Assembly: GCA_019058365.1 (NCBI GenBank)
Contig: JAHPZE010000001.1
Span: 352,001-416,000, forward strand
Length of the DNA stretch: 64,000 nucleotides
Reading direction: 5' to 3'
Source: Promethearchaeota archaeon
GTDB taxonomy: Archaea > Asgardarchaeota > Lokiarchaeia > Sigyniarchaeales > SOKP01
The position numbers and the translations under genes are program-made. This document shows positions 49,701 to 59,600 of the stretch, piece by piece (position 1 is the first letter of the stretch; every line of letters begins with the position of its first letter). The notes beneath the pieces are model-generated. The model was not told where the DNA came from, made no database searches, and was given only the letters and a program-made list of their open reading frames with translations.

Positions 49701-50291
49701 TTCTATGCCATAATCTCCACCATTTCCATTTATGATATTTCCAGTAATGACATTATTATCACTATTAGTTAACAACCATATACCATAATCGGAATAAATG
49801 GAGATATTATTATTTGAGATAATCGTATTGCTACCATCTATGTATACTATGCCGTAACCATTGTTTATTATAGTATTATCGAGAATTTCTCCATTAGTAA
49901 CATTGTTTAAATGAATACCTGCCCAGGCAGGATGTGAATTTGTAATTGTACAATTTCTAACAATAAAATGTTTTATTGAATTTAAAATTCTAAGGCATTC
50001 ACCAACCCCTGTACTATACATAAAAGTCTCATCTTCAATTCTATAAGGATCCATGGCTGTACCAGAGCCCCCTTTAAACCAAGGTTGAGTAATAGCCCAA
50101 GACCAATTATTCAAGCTACCTGGAAGATCATTAATATCAATATCATAATATATTCCAGAACTCTTTATTTCTTTGAATTCACTAATACTTTTGCTTTTTG
50201 GTGTTGAAGGAATAAAAGCGAAATTCAGCGTTATTAACAGAATTAACCCGAAAATGAATTTAATTTTCTTATTTTTTAAATTCTTATACAT
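46746..50291 (-). CDS. Large surface protein with three NosD/right-handed beta-helix modules, Ig-like domains and a TM anchor
   Basis: Three modules each running IND-LP-SLNNW...GSGT..DPY to GNYW.DY.G.D...DGIGD.PY; C-terminal TM plus RKRK. Confidence 0.88.
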   Translation of the reverse strand: MYKNLKNKKIKFIFGLILLITLNFAFIPSTPKSKSISEFKEIKSSGIYYDIDINDLPGSLNNWSWAITQPWFKGGSGTAMDPYRIEDETFMYSTGVGECLRILNSIKHFIVRNCTITNSHPAWAGIHLNNVTNGEILDNTIINNGYGIVYIDGSNTIISNNNISIYSDYGIWLLTNSDNNVITGNIINGNGGDYGIELDVTSDNNLVYDNYVTNHAFNNAIDNGANNDWNNTVIGNYWDDYVGYDMNFDGIGDDPYSIFGSAGNFDYLPIWDIMGPLEINDLPSSLNNWNWAVSQNWCSGSGTELNPYIIEDLKIDANFTDSCIAILNSEAHFIIRGCTLNNSTVSVSEAGVYLNNVTNGNIIDNTFDNNRNAGIYLSLSDHNTISGNSLTNNQHGIYLEGSYNEVIDNEIYGDGSGTGIVIWDVDYNIISENTIEDCWQGIWNYGAQNTTLLGNEVSNNLQNGIIILQYSYYTFASGNIVVNNVLDGIRIVWSFDSMIENNYLIDNMQNGIYLDNGDNNNIYNNKIRENDFYGVSISTGSDGNLLYGNYFVNNSNNAIDNGANNNWNNTIIGNYWNDYLGYDMDLDGIGDTPYTFITGSAGSIDYLPICNKQAPIVIDDLPSSLNNWTWAVNQAWCSGSGTELDPYIIEGLNIDANFTDSCIKILNSEAHFIIRGCELNNSIVSSSEAGVYLNNVTNGNIIDNQFDNNRNAGIYLFLSDYNLISGNLLTNNRHGIYLEGSYNEVIDNEIYGDGLGSGIIIQFSSGYHDNLIDGNTVENCWQGIFLFASDNNTISDNTVLKNLNYGIVLTSAADNNFISGNIVFNNTLSGIIIDNSNDNTIEGTLAKENQQNGIYLTNGDDTTIHDNILIDNVMYGINIATGSANNLLYGNVFLGNARHAYDDGAGNDWNNTVIGNYWDNHTGPDTSPNDGIVDVPYTYIGGGAGSIDYLPIAEDGPPSVVVNTPHPADVFGTNAPSFSVIITDNLLNETWYTIDGGLHNYTFTGSTGTIDQSAWDNAPDGIIILTFYASDYPGNIGSASVNIEKDSQTPIIAIISPNIDDRFAGAPSFIVEISDDNLDSMWYSLDGGLTTFTFITNGTIDQTAWAALSLGSVTITFYANDTAGNLASESVNIEKVTPTTGDNFIIIIIVISIVSGAAVVSVVIVLLLRKRKVGEGVGESE
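47980..49700. repeat. Internal ~1-kb-period duplication within the beta-helix gene
   Basis: The 48035-48440 and 49052-49460 segments are nearly identical in DNA by eye. Confidence 0.8.
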
Positions 50292-50388
50292 ATAATTTTC
50301 ACCAAAAAAAAGGTGTTAAAACTCAAGATTATTTGATCTTATTTAAAGTTAATTCTCAATATGAATAAACTTGAAAATCTTAAAAGAA

Positions 50389-51672
50389 TTAGGATGTTCT
50401 TTTTAATATTTGACTAAGATCAATAAAAAGATTAAATTCTTCTTTTCCTTTATTATATTCATCCTTAGACTTACGAATTAAAGATTCTATCATTTCATCG
50501 TCTATCATTCTAATAAATGATTTATCTATTTTTGACCAGTGAGGCATTCCTTCTAAAAACACATTCCATATGGATTTATCCTTATCTTCAGATCTTAATT
50601 TAACTTCTTTTGAAAGAAGCAACCAAAATAAAATTAATTTATATGAAACACCCGATTCAATTTTTAATCCCATACGTTGAAAATTCCCAAATGCTAGAAT
50701 CATTAATAGAGCTAAAGAATATCTCATTTGAATTTTATAAGAATGGACTAAATATTGATTCTTTAAAGAATCCCAATGAAGATCTCGAAGTAAATTATTA
50801 TCAGACTTTTTTATACTATCTCTTAATTTATTATAATAAAATTCTTTGGTTAAATGTGGTTTTGTTTCAACAAATTGGAATATTCTAAGGGCACCAGCAA
50901 TCCTCCATTCCAACCATTCTAGTGAATATTCTTTCGCTTTTTTTAGGGCTAACTCTTTATTTGGCCAAATATTCAAAATAATTTTTAATTTTGAATTGAT
51001 TTCATCATAATACTTGATATAATGGTCAAAGATTTTAGTGTAGTAGTAGCCAAGAATATCAATATATGTAAAAACTTCTAATAGATCGATGAATCTATCA
51101 ATGGTATTTTCATTTTCAATTAATTTATTGAATTCTGGATCATTAATTAATGAATAAATTCCATAAAATGTAGATTCTCCAGTATATATTGTTGCAATAA
51201 GTAAGTGATAGTGAATTAGTTGTCTGATAAGTAATTTCTCGATATCTGAAAGCTCAAACGGGTCAAGCAAATCCATGCGTGATATAAGATGATAACTATG
51301 ATACGGATGTTCTTTATTATCAATATATCTGCCAATATCATGATACATTAGAAGTATTGGGATGATTAATGGATTTTGAGAGTGCTGATTCAAAACTTTT
51401 TCTTGGATTTTAGTTACAGCATCTTTTGAAAGAGTTTCATGAAAAAATTCTCCACTTTTTATCAAAAAGAATATTTTATATGATCTAAATATGTGTCTTA
51501 TAGTTCTTTGAAGTTCATCTCTGTTTTTCTCTCGAGCGTCTTGAAAAATTCTCTTTAAATTAGGAAATATTGATATTAGATCATAAAACTCATCAGAGGT
51601 ATCAATATCAGTTACAGAATCAATCCAAGAAAGTTCGATGTTGTTAAATAATATACTTAGCAAATCTATCAT
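50389..51672 (-). CDS. HD-domain protein
   Basis: RH...MYHDIGR...HPYHS...HYHL...YIDILG pattern. Confidence 0.65.
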   Translation of the reverse strand: MIDLLSILFNNIELSWIDSVTDIDTSDEFYDLISIFPNLKRIFQDAREKNRDELQRTIRHIFRSYKIFFLIKSGEFFHETLSKDAVTKIQEKVLNQHSQNPLIIPILLMYHDIGRYIDNKEHPYHSYHLISRMDLLDPFELSDIEKLLIRQLIHYHLLIATIYTGESTFYGIYSLINDPEFNKLIENENTIDRFIDLLEVFTYIDILGYYYTKIFDHYIKYYDEINSKLKIILNIWPNKELALKKAKEYSLEWLEWRIAGALRIFQFVETKPHLTKEFYYNKLRDSIKKSDNNLLRDLHWDSLKNQYLVHSYKIQMRYSLALLMILAFGNFQRMGLKIESGVSYKLILFWLLLSKEVKLRSEDKDKSIWNVFLEGMPHWSKIDKSFIRMIDDEMIESLIRKSKDEYNKGKEEFNLFIDLSQILKRTS

Positions 51673-51679
51673 AACTTAT

Positions 51680-52633
51680 TCAACTTTTTTTTTCTAATAA
51701 TTGAAAAAAAGGTTCTACATCAACATTTCCACCACTTAATATTACCCCAACCTTTTCATTCTCTACTGAAACTTTTTTTGATAATATAGCTGCTAAAGGA
51801 ACTGCACCAGAAGGTTCTACGATTATCTTCATACGTTCCCAGAGAAATTTCATGGCTTCTATAATTTCGATTTCAGAAACAGTTATTACATCATCAACAT
51901 ATTTGCGAATAATATTAAAGGTTCTCTCACAAAGAGAAGTACGTAAACCATCTGCTATAGTATCTGGATAAGTACTTGGTATGATATAACCTGCTTTAAG
52001 TGATTTTAAAGCATCATCCGCTAATATAGGTTCAACTCCAATAACCTTGGTATTCGAATGTAATCCTTTAGAAGCTAAAGCAGTTCCACTTAATAAACCT
52101 CCACCCCCAAGTGGAGCAATAACAACGTCTAGCACTCCCATTTCTTTAATTAACTCATAAGCAGCAGTTCCTTGCCCATTAATTATATTTTCGTTATCAT
52201 AAGGATGGATTAGAACAGCTTTATGCTTTTTAATTAAATCTTCAGTTGTTTTAATTCTCGCTTCGAGTGTATTGTCACAAAATACGACTTGAGCACCATA
52301 ACTTTTTGTAGCATTAATTTTATTTATTGGTGCTCCCTTTGGCATAACAATTGTTGCATTAATTCCCCATAATGATGCTGCAAGAGCGACAGCTTGAGCA
52401 TGATTACCACTTGAGTGAGTGATGACTCCCATTTTCTTTTGCCTATCTGAAAGCAAACATAAAGCATTGTATGCCCCTCGAAATTTAAAAGCGCCTACTC
52501 TTTGGAAATTTTCACATTTAAAAAAAATATTTGCTTTCACAAGGAGATTTAATGTCCTTGAAGTTATAACCGGAGTCTTATTAACTACTTTAGCAATTCT
52601 ATTATAAGCTTCTTCTATTCCTTGAAATGACAT
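51680..52633 (-). CDS. PLP-dependent threonine/serine dehydratase (serine racemase-like)
   Basis: FKCENFQRVGAFKFRG, SSGNHAQ, GGGGLLSG, EPSGA, SGGN. Confidence 0.92.
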   Translation of the reverse strand: MSFQGIEEAYNRIAKVVNKTPVITSRTLNLLVKANIFFKCENFQRVGAFKFRGAYNALCLLSDRQKKMGVITHSSGNHAQAVALAASLWGINATIVMPKGAPINKINATKSYGAQVVFCDNTLEARIKTTEDLIKKHKAVLIHPYDNENIINGQGTAAYELIKEMGVLDVVIAPLGGGGLLSGTALASKGLHSNTKVIGVEPILADDALKSLKAGYIIPSTYPDTIADGLRTSLCERTFNIIRKYVDDVITVSEIEIIEAMKFLWERMKIIVEPSGAVPLAAILSKKVSVENEKVGVILSGGNVDVEPFFQLLEKKS

Positions 52634-52703
52634 TAAAAGTTAAATTATTAATTGTGTTGTTATATCTTTAAAATTATTATAGAATTAAAAACATATAGAA
52701 TAT

Positions 52704-54005
52704 TTAAAACCGAATTGGTGGTTCTTGCCGGAGATCTTTAATTTTTCCTTTAAGTAGAGGGTCGTCTGTACGTTTCATCCATTCATACAACTTTTCTTTT
52801 AATTCTGTAACAACAACTTTATAGTTAAAGTCATCAATTATATTATGTGTTTCGTTGGGATTCTTTTTAAGATCATAAAGTTCTTCATTAGGTCGAGGCT
52901 TATTAATAAGTTTTAACATATATTTACCTAAAGCATCTTGCTGTATATCCATCCCTATTTGATATAGATTTTCTGATTTCTCAAAATTAATTATGAACTT
53001 AAATTCTTCTGTTCTAATACTTCGAATAGGGTCATAAAATTCATGAAAAGATTTCTCTGAATATATCTCTTTTCTGAATATATTAGTTTCACCCTTTAAA
53101 AGAGGTGTAAAACTCCTGCCTTCAATGTTTTTTGGTATTTTAGCTCCAATTAAATCTAATAATGTTGGTAATAAATCAATATTACTAATCATTTGGGTAT
53201 ACACCTTATTCTGTTGGAGAATGTCTGAACCGGGCCAAGACAGTAATAGTAGGGTTTTTAAACCAGGATCATATAACGTGCATTTTGCTCTAGGATACGC
53301 TTCTCCATGGTCAGTTGTATAAATAAATAAAGTATTTTCCCTTAAGCCAAGGTCTTCTAATTGTTTAAGTATTTTTCCAATACAAGTATCAACTCCCTGT
53401 ATTGCTCCATAAAATTGAGATAAATCTTCTCTTACAATCTCTTTATCTGGTAAATAAGGAGGGATTATAACTCCGCTTGGATCTACAGGATCTCCCCATA
53501 CTCCAAAGGGTCGATGCACTTGAGTAACCCCAATACTTACATAGAAAGGATTTTCTTCATTTTGATGCGTTTCAAAAAACTTTTGGTAATTTTTTTTCAT
53601 TTTCTGGCAATTATATAAGGGTTCTGACCTTCGCTTACTAATTGTATCATACCCTAAAGTAAAAGCATCAAAAGCTTCATGCTGAAACCCCATTAAATGA
53701 GTTGTATATCCCTGTTCTTTTAAATACATCGGAAGAGTTTCATTTCTTTCTGGTAAAGTCCATCCTCTATCCACAAGTCCCATAAGACCATTTTGATGAG
53801 GATATAATGATGTTTGAATTCCACCTCGACTTGGACTACATTGAGGTGCAGTACAAAAATGGTTTGTAAATCGTACTCCATTTTCGGCAAGTTTATCTAA
53901 ATTAGGAGTGTAGAGGGAATTGGGAGTTTGTGGTGAACTATAACATCCAAGAAACTGCCCTTGGTCATGAGTTATAAATAATATGATGTTTGGTTTTTCT
54001 TTCAT
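52704..54005 (-). CDS. Cys-type sulfatase (cytoplasmic)
   Basis: KPNIILF, CSPSRG signature, TTDHG, ELYDL; no signal peptide. Confidence 0.92.
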   Translation of the reverse strand: MKEKPNIILFITHDQGQFLGCYSSPQTPNSLYTPNLDKLAENGVRFTNHFCTAPQCSPSRGGIQTSLYPHQNGLMGLVDRGWTLPERNETLPMYLKEQGYTTHLMGFQHEAFDAFTLGYDTISKRRSEPLYNCQKMKKNYQKFFETHQNEENPFYVSIGVTQVHRPFGVWGDPVDPSGVIIPPYLPDKEIVREDLSQFYGAIQGVDTCIGKILKQLEDLGLRENTLFIYTTDHGEAYPRAKCTLYDPGLKTLLLLSWPGSDILQQNKVYTQMISNIDLLPTLLDLIGAKIPKNIEGRSFTPLLKGETNIFRKEIYSEKSFHEFYDPIRSIRTEEFKFIINFEKSENLYQIGMDIQQDALGKYMLKLINKPRPNEELYDLKKNPNETHNIIDDFNYKVVVTELKEKLYEWMKRTDDPLLKGKIKDLRQEPPIRF

Positions 54006-54052
54006 AAAAATTCCACAAAATCATTAAAAAGAATAGATAAAAGTAGATAAGC

Positions 54053-55033
54053 TTAGATCTCAACTATGATTTTAACAAAATTTCTTTCTTTAGGATCTAT
54101 ATATCTCTCGAAAGTTTTCTGCGTATCCTCCAATCGAATCGCTTCAGAAATAAATTCATTAGTTTCTACCTTATTCTTAGCAAACAAATCAATTGCCTTC
54201 AAGATATCATCCCTATCATGACCTAAACTTCCTTTTAAAGTTACTTCTTTTGAATTCAACATGAACAACGGGAATGTTATACTTCCTTTATGAATTCCTT
54301 CTAATAAGATAGTACCACCTTTTTTGATAAAGTTAACTGCATTGGATATAGTTTCTTCATTTCCAACGCAATCAAAAATAAAAGTAGGAACTCCAAGTTT
54401 TTTAGTAACTTTTTTAACTTGAGCTCTGCTTGTACCAGTAGCATCTGTTGCTCCCATCGCAATTGCTTTATTTCTTAAAAATTCATTTGGTTCAACTACA
54501 ACCACATAATTAGGTTCTCTTTCAATTAATAAAGATTTCAATGTGACTAATCCCACATTACCCCCTCCAATAATGAGAATATTCTCGTTATTTTCAATTC
54601 TCGACAATTTAAAAGCACGCATTATTAACGCAAAAGTTTCAATCATAACAGCATCTTTCGTTGAAACATTTTCAGGAAGGGGAAATAGTGATATTTTAGG
54701 TACTTTAACATATTCAGCAAACCCTCCATCTTGAAACATTCCCATACCTATTAGTTGTCCTTGGCTAACATCAAGTGATACATTTACACAAAGAACTCTA
54801 TCTCCCACTTTTACTTCAGAAATATTTTCACCTATTTCTACTACTTCCCCTGTTATTTCATGTCCCATTATTAAAGGCATATTGTAGGTTTTATATCTAA
54901 AATTTGTTATATCACTTCCACATATTCCACAATAATGAACTTTAACCAATGCATCATCGGCACCGAAAGTTGGTTTAGGATAATCATCCCTATAAGTAAT
55001 TTTTTTGATGTCTTCTATAACAGCAGCTTTAAT
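54053..55033 (-). CDS. Zn-dependent MDR alcohol/sugar dehydrogenase; probable ATT start
   Basis: (M)KAAVIEDIKKI...VKVHYCGICGSD, GHE, GGGNVG; lacks the structural-Zn loop. Confidence 0.88.
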   Translation of the reverse strand: MKAAVIEDIKKITYRDDYPKPTFGADDALVKVHYCGICGSDITNFRYKTYNMPLIMGHEITGEVVEIGENISEVKVGDRVLCVNVSLDVSQGQLIGMGMFQDGGFAEYVKVPKISLFPLPENVSTKDAVMIETFALIMRAFKLSRIENNENILIIGGGNVGLVTLKSLLIEREPNYVVVVEPNEFLRNKAIAMGATDATGTSRAQVKKVTKKLGVPTFIFDCVGNEETISNAVNFIKKGGTILLEGIHKGSITFPLFMLNSKEVTLKGSLGHDRDDILKAIDLFAKNKVETNEFISEAIRLEDTQKTFERYIDPKERNFVKIIVEI

Positions 55034-55132
55034 AGAAATTTCATCTCCTATTATTTTTACTTTTATTTCATTTATTTAATTTACATAATATACTTTATGG
55101 AATTTTAAGAAAAAAATGTAAAAAATAGGATT

Positions 55133-55885
55133 TTAGAGCCCTAATAAAGTGCTCATGCTTTTTAGGATTGCATCTATTTCAGTATCAAAAGTTTTAACTT
55201 GATCGAAGAAGATATTGTTTACTTGAAGTAATTGCTTTACTACATATTCAGGTGATTGAGTAATTTGTTTTGCCAGGTTTATTGCCTCATTCAATACTTC
55301 CCCTTTCTCAGCTAATTTATTAATAATATTCAACCGGTATGCTTCCTCAGCCGTGAGAAAAGTATCTCGGGTTCCTGTATTTAATGTAATTTCAAGAGCC
55401 TTTCCACGCCCCACAAGAGTCATATAGGGAAAGAAAAGTGGGCACGCACCGAATCTTATCTCCGGGTGACCAAAAAGAGATCCCTTTGAAGCAACTCGAA
55501 GGTGACAAATAACAGTAAGGTCGAATGCTCCTGCAAGAGCATATCCATTCACAGCAGCAATTAACAATTTAGGAAATTCAAATATTGTCTTATGAAAAAG
55601 GTGATTAGAATCGATAAATTGCTTAGAGTCTCCTTTTCCTTGTACTACTGCTTGGACTTCATCTCTATCAAATCCCGCTGAAAAAAGTTCTTCTCCTCCA
55701 TAGAATATTACAGCTTTTACTCTTTTTTCTTCTTTAATAGAATTTAAAGCGTCAATAATTTCTGCTCTCATTGCTTCACTCAAAGCATTTTTCTTTTCAA
55801 GACGATCAAACTTAATTATGGAGATTTTGCCTTTCTTCTCAACTTTAATACATTGATATTGTTTTTCCATTTTTTCTAACTCCAT
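55133..55885 (-). CDS. Enoyl-CoA hydratase/isomerase
   Basis: FSAGFD, AAVNGYALAG, HPEIRFG. Confidence 0.9.
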   Translation of the reverse strand: MELEKMEKQYQCIKVEKKGKISIIKFDRLEKKNALSEAMRAEIIDALNSIKEEKRVKAVIFYGGEELFSAGFDRDEVQAVVQGKGDSKQFIDSNHLFHKTIFEFPKLLIAAVNGYALAGAFDLTVICHLRVASKGSLFGHPEIRFGACPLFFPYMTLVGRGKALEITLNTGTRDTFLTAEEAYRLNIINKLAEKGEVLNEAINLAKQITQSPEYVVKQLLQVNNIFFDQVKTFDTEIDAILKSMSTLLGL

Positions 55886-55993
55886 GAAAATTTTATATAA
55901 ATTATTTAAGATTTAGATATATTACCTTAAATTTCTTTGATCAATAATAATTAGCATAACAAATATTTTAGAGATTAACTTAAAATTATAATT

Positions 55994-56236
55994 ATGAGAC
56001 CCCCTATTTGTAGAATATGCGATAAGAATCTAGTAGATAAGGATGATGGAGGTTTGATATATTTTAGAAAACGCCCTTCTGATAAAGAATGGGAAAAGAG
56101 GATGGAAGGAATTGGAGGTGTAGGACATCCACCCTATGCAGAATGGTTCTGTAAAAAGCATTATGATAGAGCAAAGGAGCTAAAACATTTACCTATCAAT
56201 GAAGCATTAAAAATTTTAAGATCTGAGGGGACCTAG
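55994..56236 (+). CDS. Small zinc-binding hypothetical protein
   Basis: MRPPICRIC...GHP...WFCKKH; convergent 21-bp overlap with mvhD. Confidence 0.7.
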   Translation: MRPPICRICDKNLVDKDDGGLIYFRKRPSDKEWEKRMEGIGGVGHPPYAEWFCKKHYDRAKELKHLPINEALKILRSEGT

Positions 56237-56659
56237 TTCCTTAATCTGGTGAGTAAATTCTGTAATTACCTCAGCAAACCGTTTTCCTTCAGATGCGCTA
56301 ACCCATTCTAACCGTACCCGCTTAGGATCCACTCCCAATTGTTTAATTAATATAGAATGTAACCTTTCGAATCTTTCTTGAGTGTATTCATTTCCGGTAA
56401 TATAATGACAATCACCTATATGACATCCACTTATAAGGACACCATCAGCACCATTCTTCAATGCCTTTAATACAAATGCAGGGTCTACTCTTCCAGAGCA
56501 CATTACCCTTATAATTCTAATATTTGGGGGATATTGAAACCGAGAAACTCCTGCTAGATCTGCTCCTGCATAGCTACACCAATTGCAACAAAAGACTAAA
56601 ATGTGGGGTTCAAATTCTTCTTTTTCTGCTTTTTTCTTCGACTTTGACATGATTATCAC
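56216..56659 (-). CDS. mvhD: [2Fe-2S] hydrogenase/Hdr-associated subunit D (Cys form; start probably ATG 56650)
   Basis: FCCNWCSYAGAD, RVMCSGRV, GCHIGDCHY, WVSASEG. Confidence 0.95.
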   Translation of the reverse strand: MIIMSKSKKKAEKEEFEPHILVFCCNWCSYAGADLAGVSRFQYPPNIRIIRVMCSGRVDPAFVLKALKNGADGVLISGCHIGDCHYITGNEYTQERFERLHSILIKQLGVDPKRVRLEWVSASEGKRFAEVITEFTHQIKELGPLRS

Positions 56660-59600
56660 CTACAAACCGTTCTTAACTTCCTCTTTTTCTAATAAATAAG
56701 AATCAATCATTGTAGAGATCTGGTCAAAATCATAATGTTTAACCATTATAGCTCCAACAGGGCAAGTAGCTGCACATGTTCCACAACCTTTGCAGACTGC
56801 AGCGTTGATATTAGATTTTCTGACTTTGATACTTACATCCTCAAATTCTTTGGTTATTTCTATAAGTTCTATTGCTTTATACGGACACACGTCTTCACAT
56901 TTCCCACATCCTATACATTTTTCTTCTGAAACCTCTGCTACCAATCCAGAAGTAGTAATTTTATCCGCACTTAAGAATCTACTTGCTCTTCCTGCAGCAC
57001 CATTAGCTTGCGAAATTGAATCCTGTATATTTTTTGGCCATTGAGCACAGCCACATAAGAAAATTCCATCTGTAGCAAAATCTAAGGGTCTCAATTTAAC
57101 ATGTGCTTCTAAAAAGAATCCATTCTTGTCTAATGGAACTTTCAACATCATTGCTAATTCTTTTAAGTTATCTGCTGGAATCATAGGTGTCGAAAGTATT
57201 ATCAAATCTGTTTCAAATTCGACGGTATCTTTTAAATTAGTATCAAATACTTTTATCTGATATTTTTCAGGACTTCCTTTTTTCTTTTGCACTTCTGGTA
57301 AATTATCTAAGTCATATCTCAAAAAAATTGCGTCTTTTCTGCGTTCACGATAATATTCTTCGAATTGTTTTTTGGCCATTTGTAAATCTCTATAAATAAC
57401 TACAAGTTCTAAATCAGGCTTCAATTCTTTTAATATTCTAACATTTTTGACGGAATTAGCACAACAAATATTGGAACAGTAAGTTATTCCCTCATTTTGT
57501 CTTGCATTTACACATAAAATTAATGTTATTCGAGTAATTTGATCTAACCAAGATTTATCTTTATTTTGTAATTTCTGCTCTAACTCCAATTGAGTCATTA
57601 CATTTTTATTTTTATCGTGGTATTCAAAAAGTCCTGATGGCTTAAATTCTTGGCCGCCAGTAGCAACTATTATCGTCCCAATTTTTAACTCATGGGTTTT
57701 GTTATTTGAATCGTTTATCACTACATCATAATTTCCGACATAACCTTTAATATTCTTAATTCCACCATTTAAGAATACCTGAATGTTACTACTTTTCTCT
57801 ATCTTTTCTTTTGTTTCATTTAATAATTCTAATGCATTTTTATGAACTGGATATAATACATTTAGAAATCTTAAGTTTCCACCTAACTCATTTTTTTTTT
57901 CTATAAGAAAAGTTTTAAATCCTTGATTAGCTATATTTAAAGCTGCAGTCATACCTGAAATACCTCCTCCAATAATTAAAGCTGTATGGGTAATATCTAT
58001 TTTATCTTCTTTCTGGGGCTTTAGTAATTTAGACTTTGCGACATGCATTCTAATTAAATCTATGGCTTTATGAGTAGCAGCATCTTTTTCTTTCATATGA
58101 ACCCATGAACATTGATCTCGAATATTAACAAGCTCAAAAAGATATTTATTTAACCCGGCTTCTTGACATGTTTCTTGAAATAAGCTTTCATGTGTTCTAG
58201 GAGTACAAGATGCCACAATAAATCTATTTAAATCATGTTCAGCAATTAATTCTTTAATCCTAATTTGAGAGTCAGATGAACATGAATATAAATTTGCTTC
58301 ACATACCACTACGTTTGGGAGGTTTTTAACATATTCTACAACTCGAGGAACATCTACATAATTTCCAATATTGATTCCACAATGACAAACCATTACCCCT
58401 ATTCTTGGTTTATCTGTAATTTTAACCACTTTTTCTGCTATATCGAATGTTTTTTCTTTCACTTGGGTAAATTTAACAGAGTTTAATAAATCAGCGATTT
58501 GTGCTGCTACTCCACTAGCGTCAGCAACCGTCTCTGGAATATCCATTGGTCCTTGACAGAATCCACATAAGAAAATCCCATTTCTAGTAGATTTTAATTT
58601 ATCAAAATACGATTTTTCTTTGAAAAAGTTGTATGTATCTAATTCAATTCCTAAAGTTTTTCCTATTTCTTTAACTCCTTTTGATGGAACTAAAGGGGAT
58701 GCCAGAACAACCAAATTAGCACGAAAATCCTTGAATTCACCAGTCTTCAAATCCTCATAATGTATAATTAAATCTTTAGTTTCGGGATCTTCTTCAATTG
58801 TACTTATTTTTGATTGAAAATATTTTACTCCATATTCTTTTTGAGCTCTTTGTGTGAATTCATAAAAATTTTTACCATATGCGCGAATATCATGCCGAAA
58901 TACATAACATTCTGAATTGTCCGAATGTTCTTGGGTAATTATTGCTTGTTTTGCTGTATAAGTGCAGCAAACACTAGAGCAAAAAGGGACATTTTCATGA
59001 AGATCTCTTGAACCTGCACATTGAATAAAAGCAATAACTTCAGGTTCTTCATCATCACTTAATCGCTTGACATGTCCACCAAATGGTCCAGATGCGCATA
59101 ATATCCTTTCATATTCAAGAGCACTAACAACATTTTCGTATCTATACCCCCATCTTGAAGTTAATTTTTCAGCAGGCATTTCAAAACCTGTTGCTACCAC
59201 TACAGCTCCAACTTTAATTTCAAATTCTTCAGGTTTCTGTTCAAAATCTATTGCCTCAGCAGGACAAGCCTTTTTACATATTTGGCATACTCCCTTCGTT
59301 AAATATAAACACATCTCGGAATCAATTAAATAAATAGGAGGTACTGCTTGTGGAAAAGGAATAAATACTGATTTTCTTTTACCAATGTTCATTTCAAAAG
59401 GATTTGGAGCCATTATTTTGGGGCATTTAGCAGCACATTCTCCACATCCCTTACATTTAGTTTCATCAATATATCGAGGTTTTTTCAGGATTTTCGCAGT
59501 AAAATTACCAGGTTCACCGTCTACTTGAAGAACTTCATGATATGTCATTAATTCAACATTAGGATTACGAAATACTTCAACCATTTTTGGAGCTAATATA

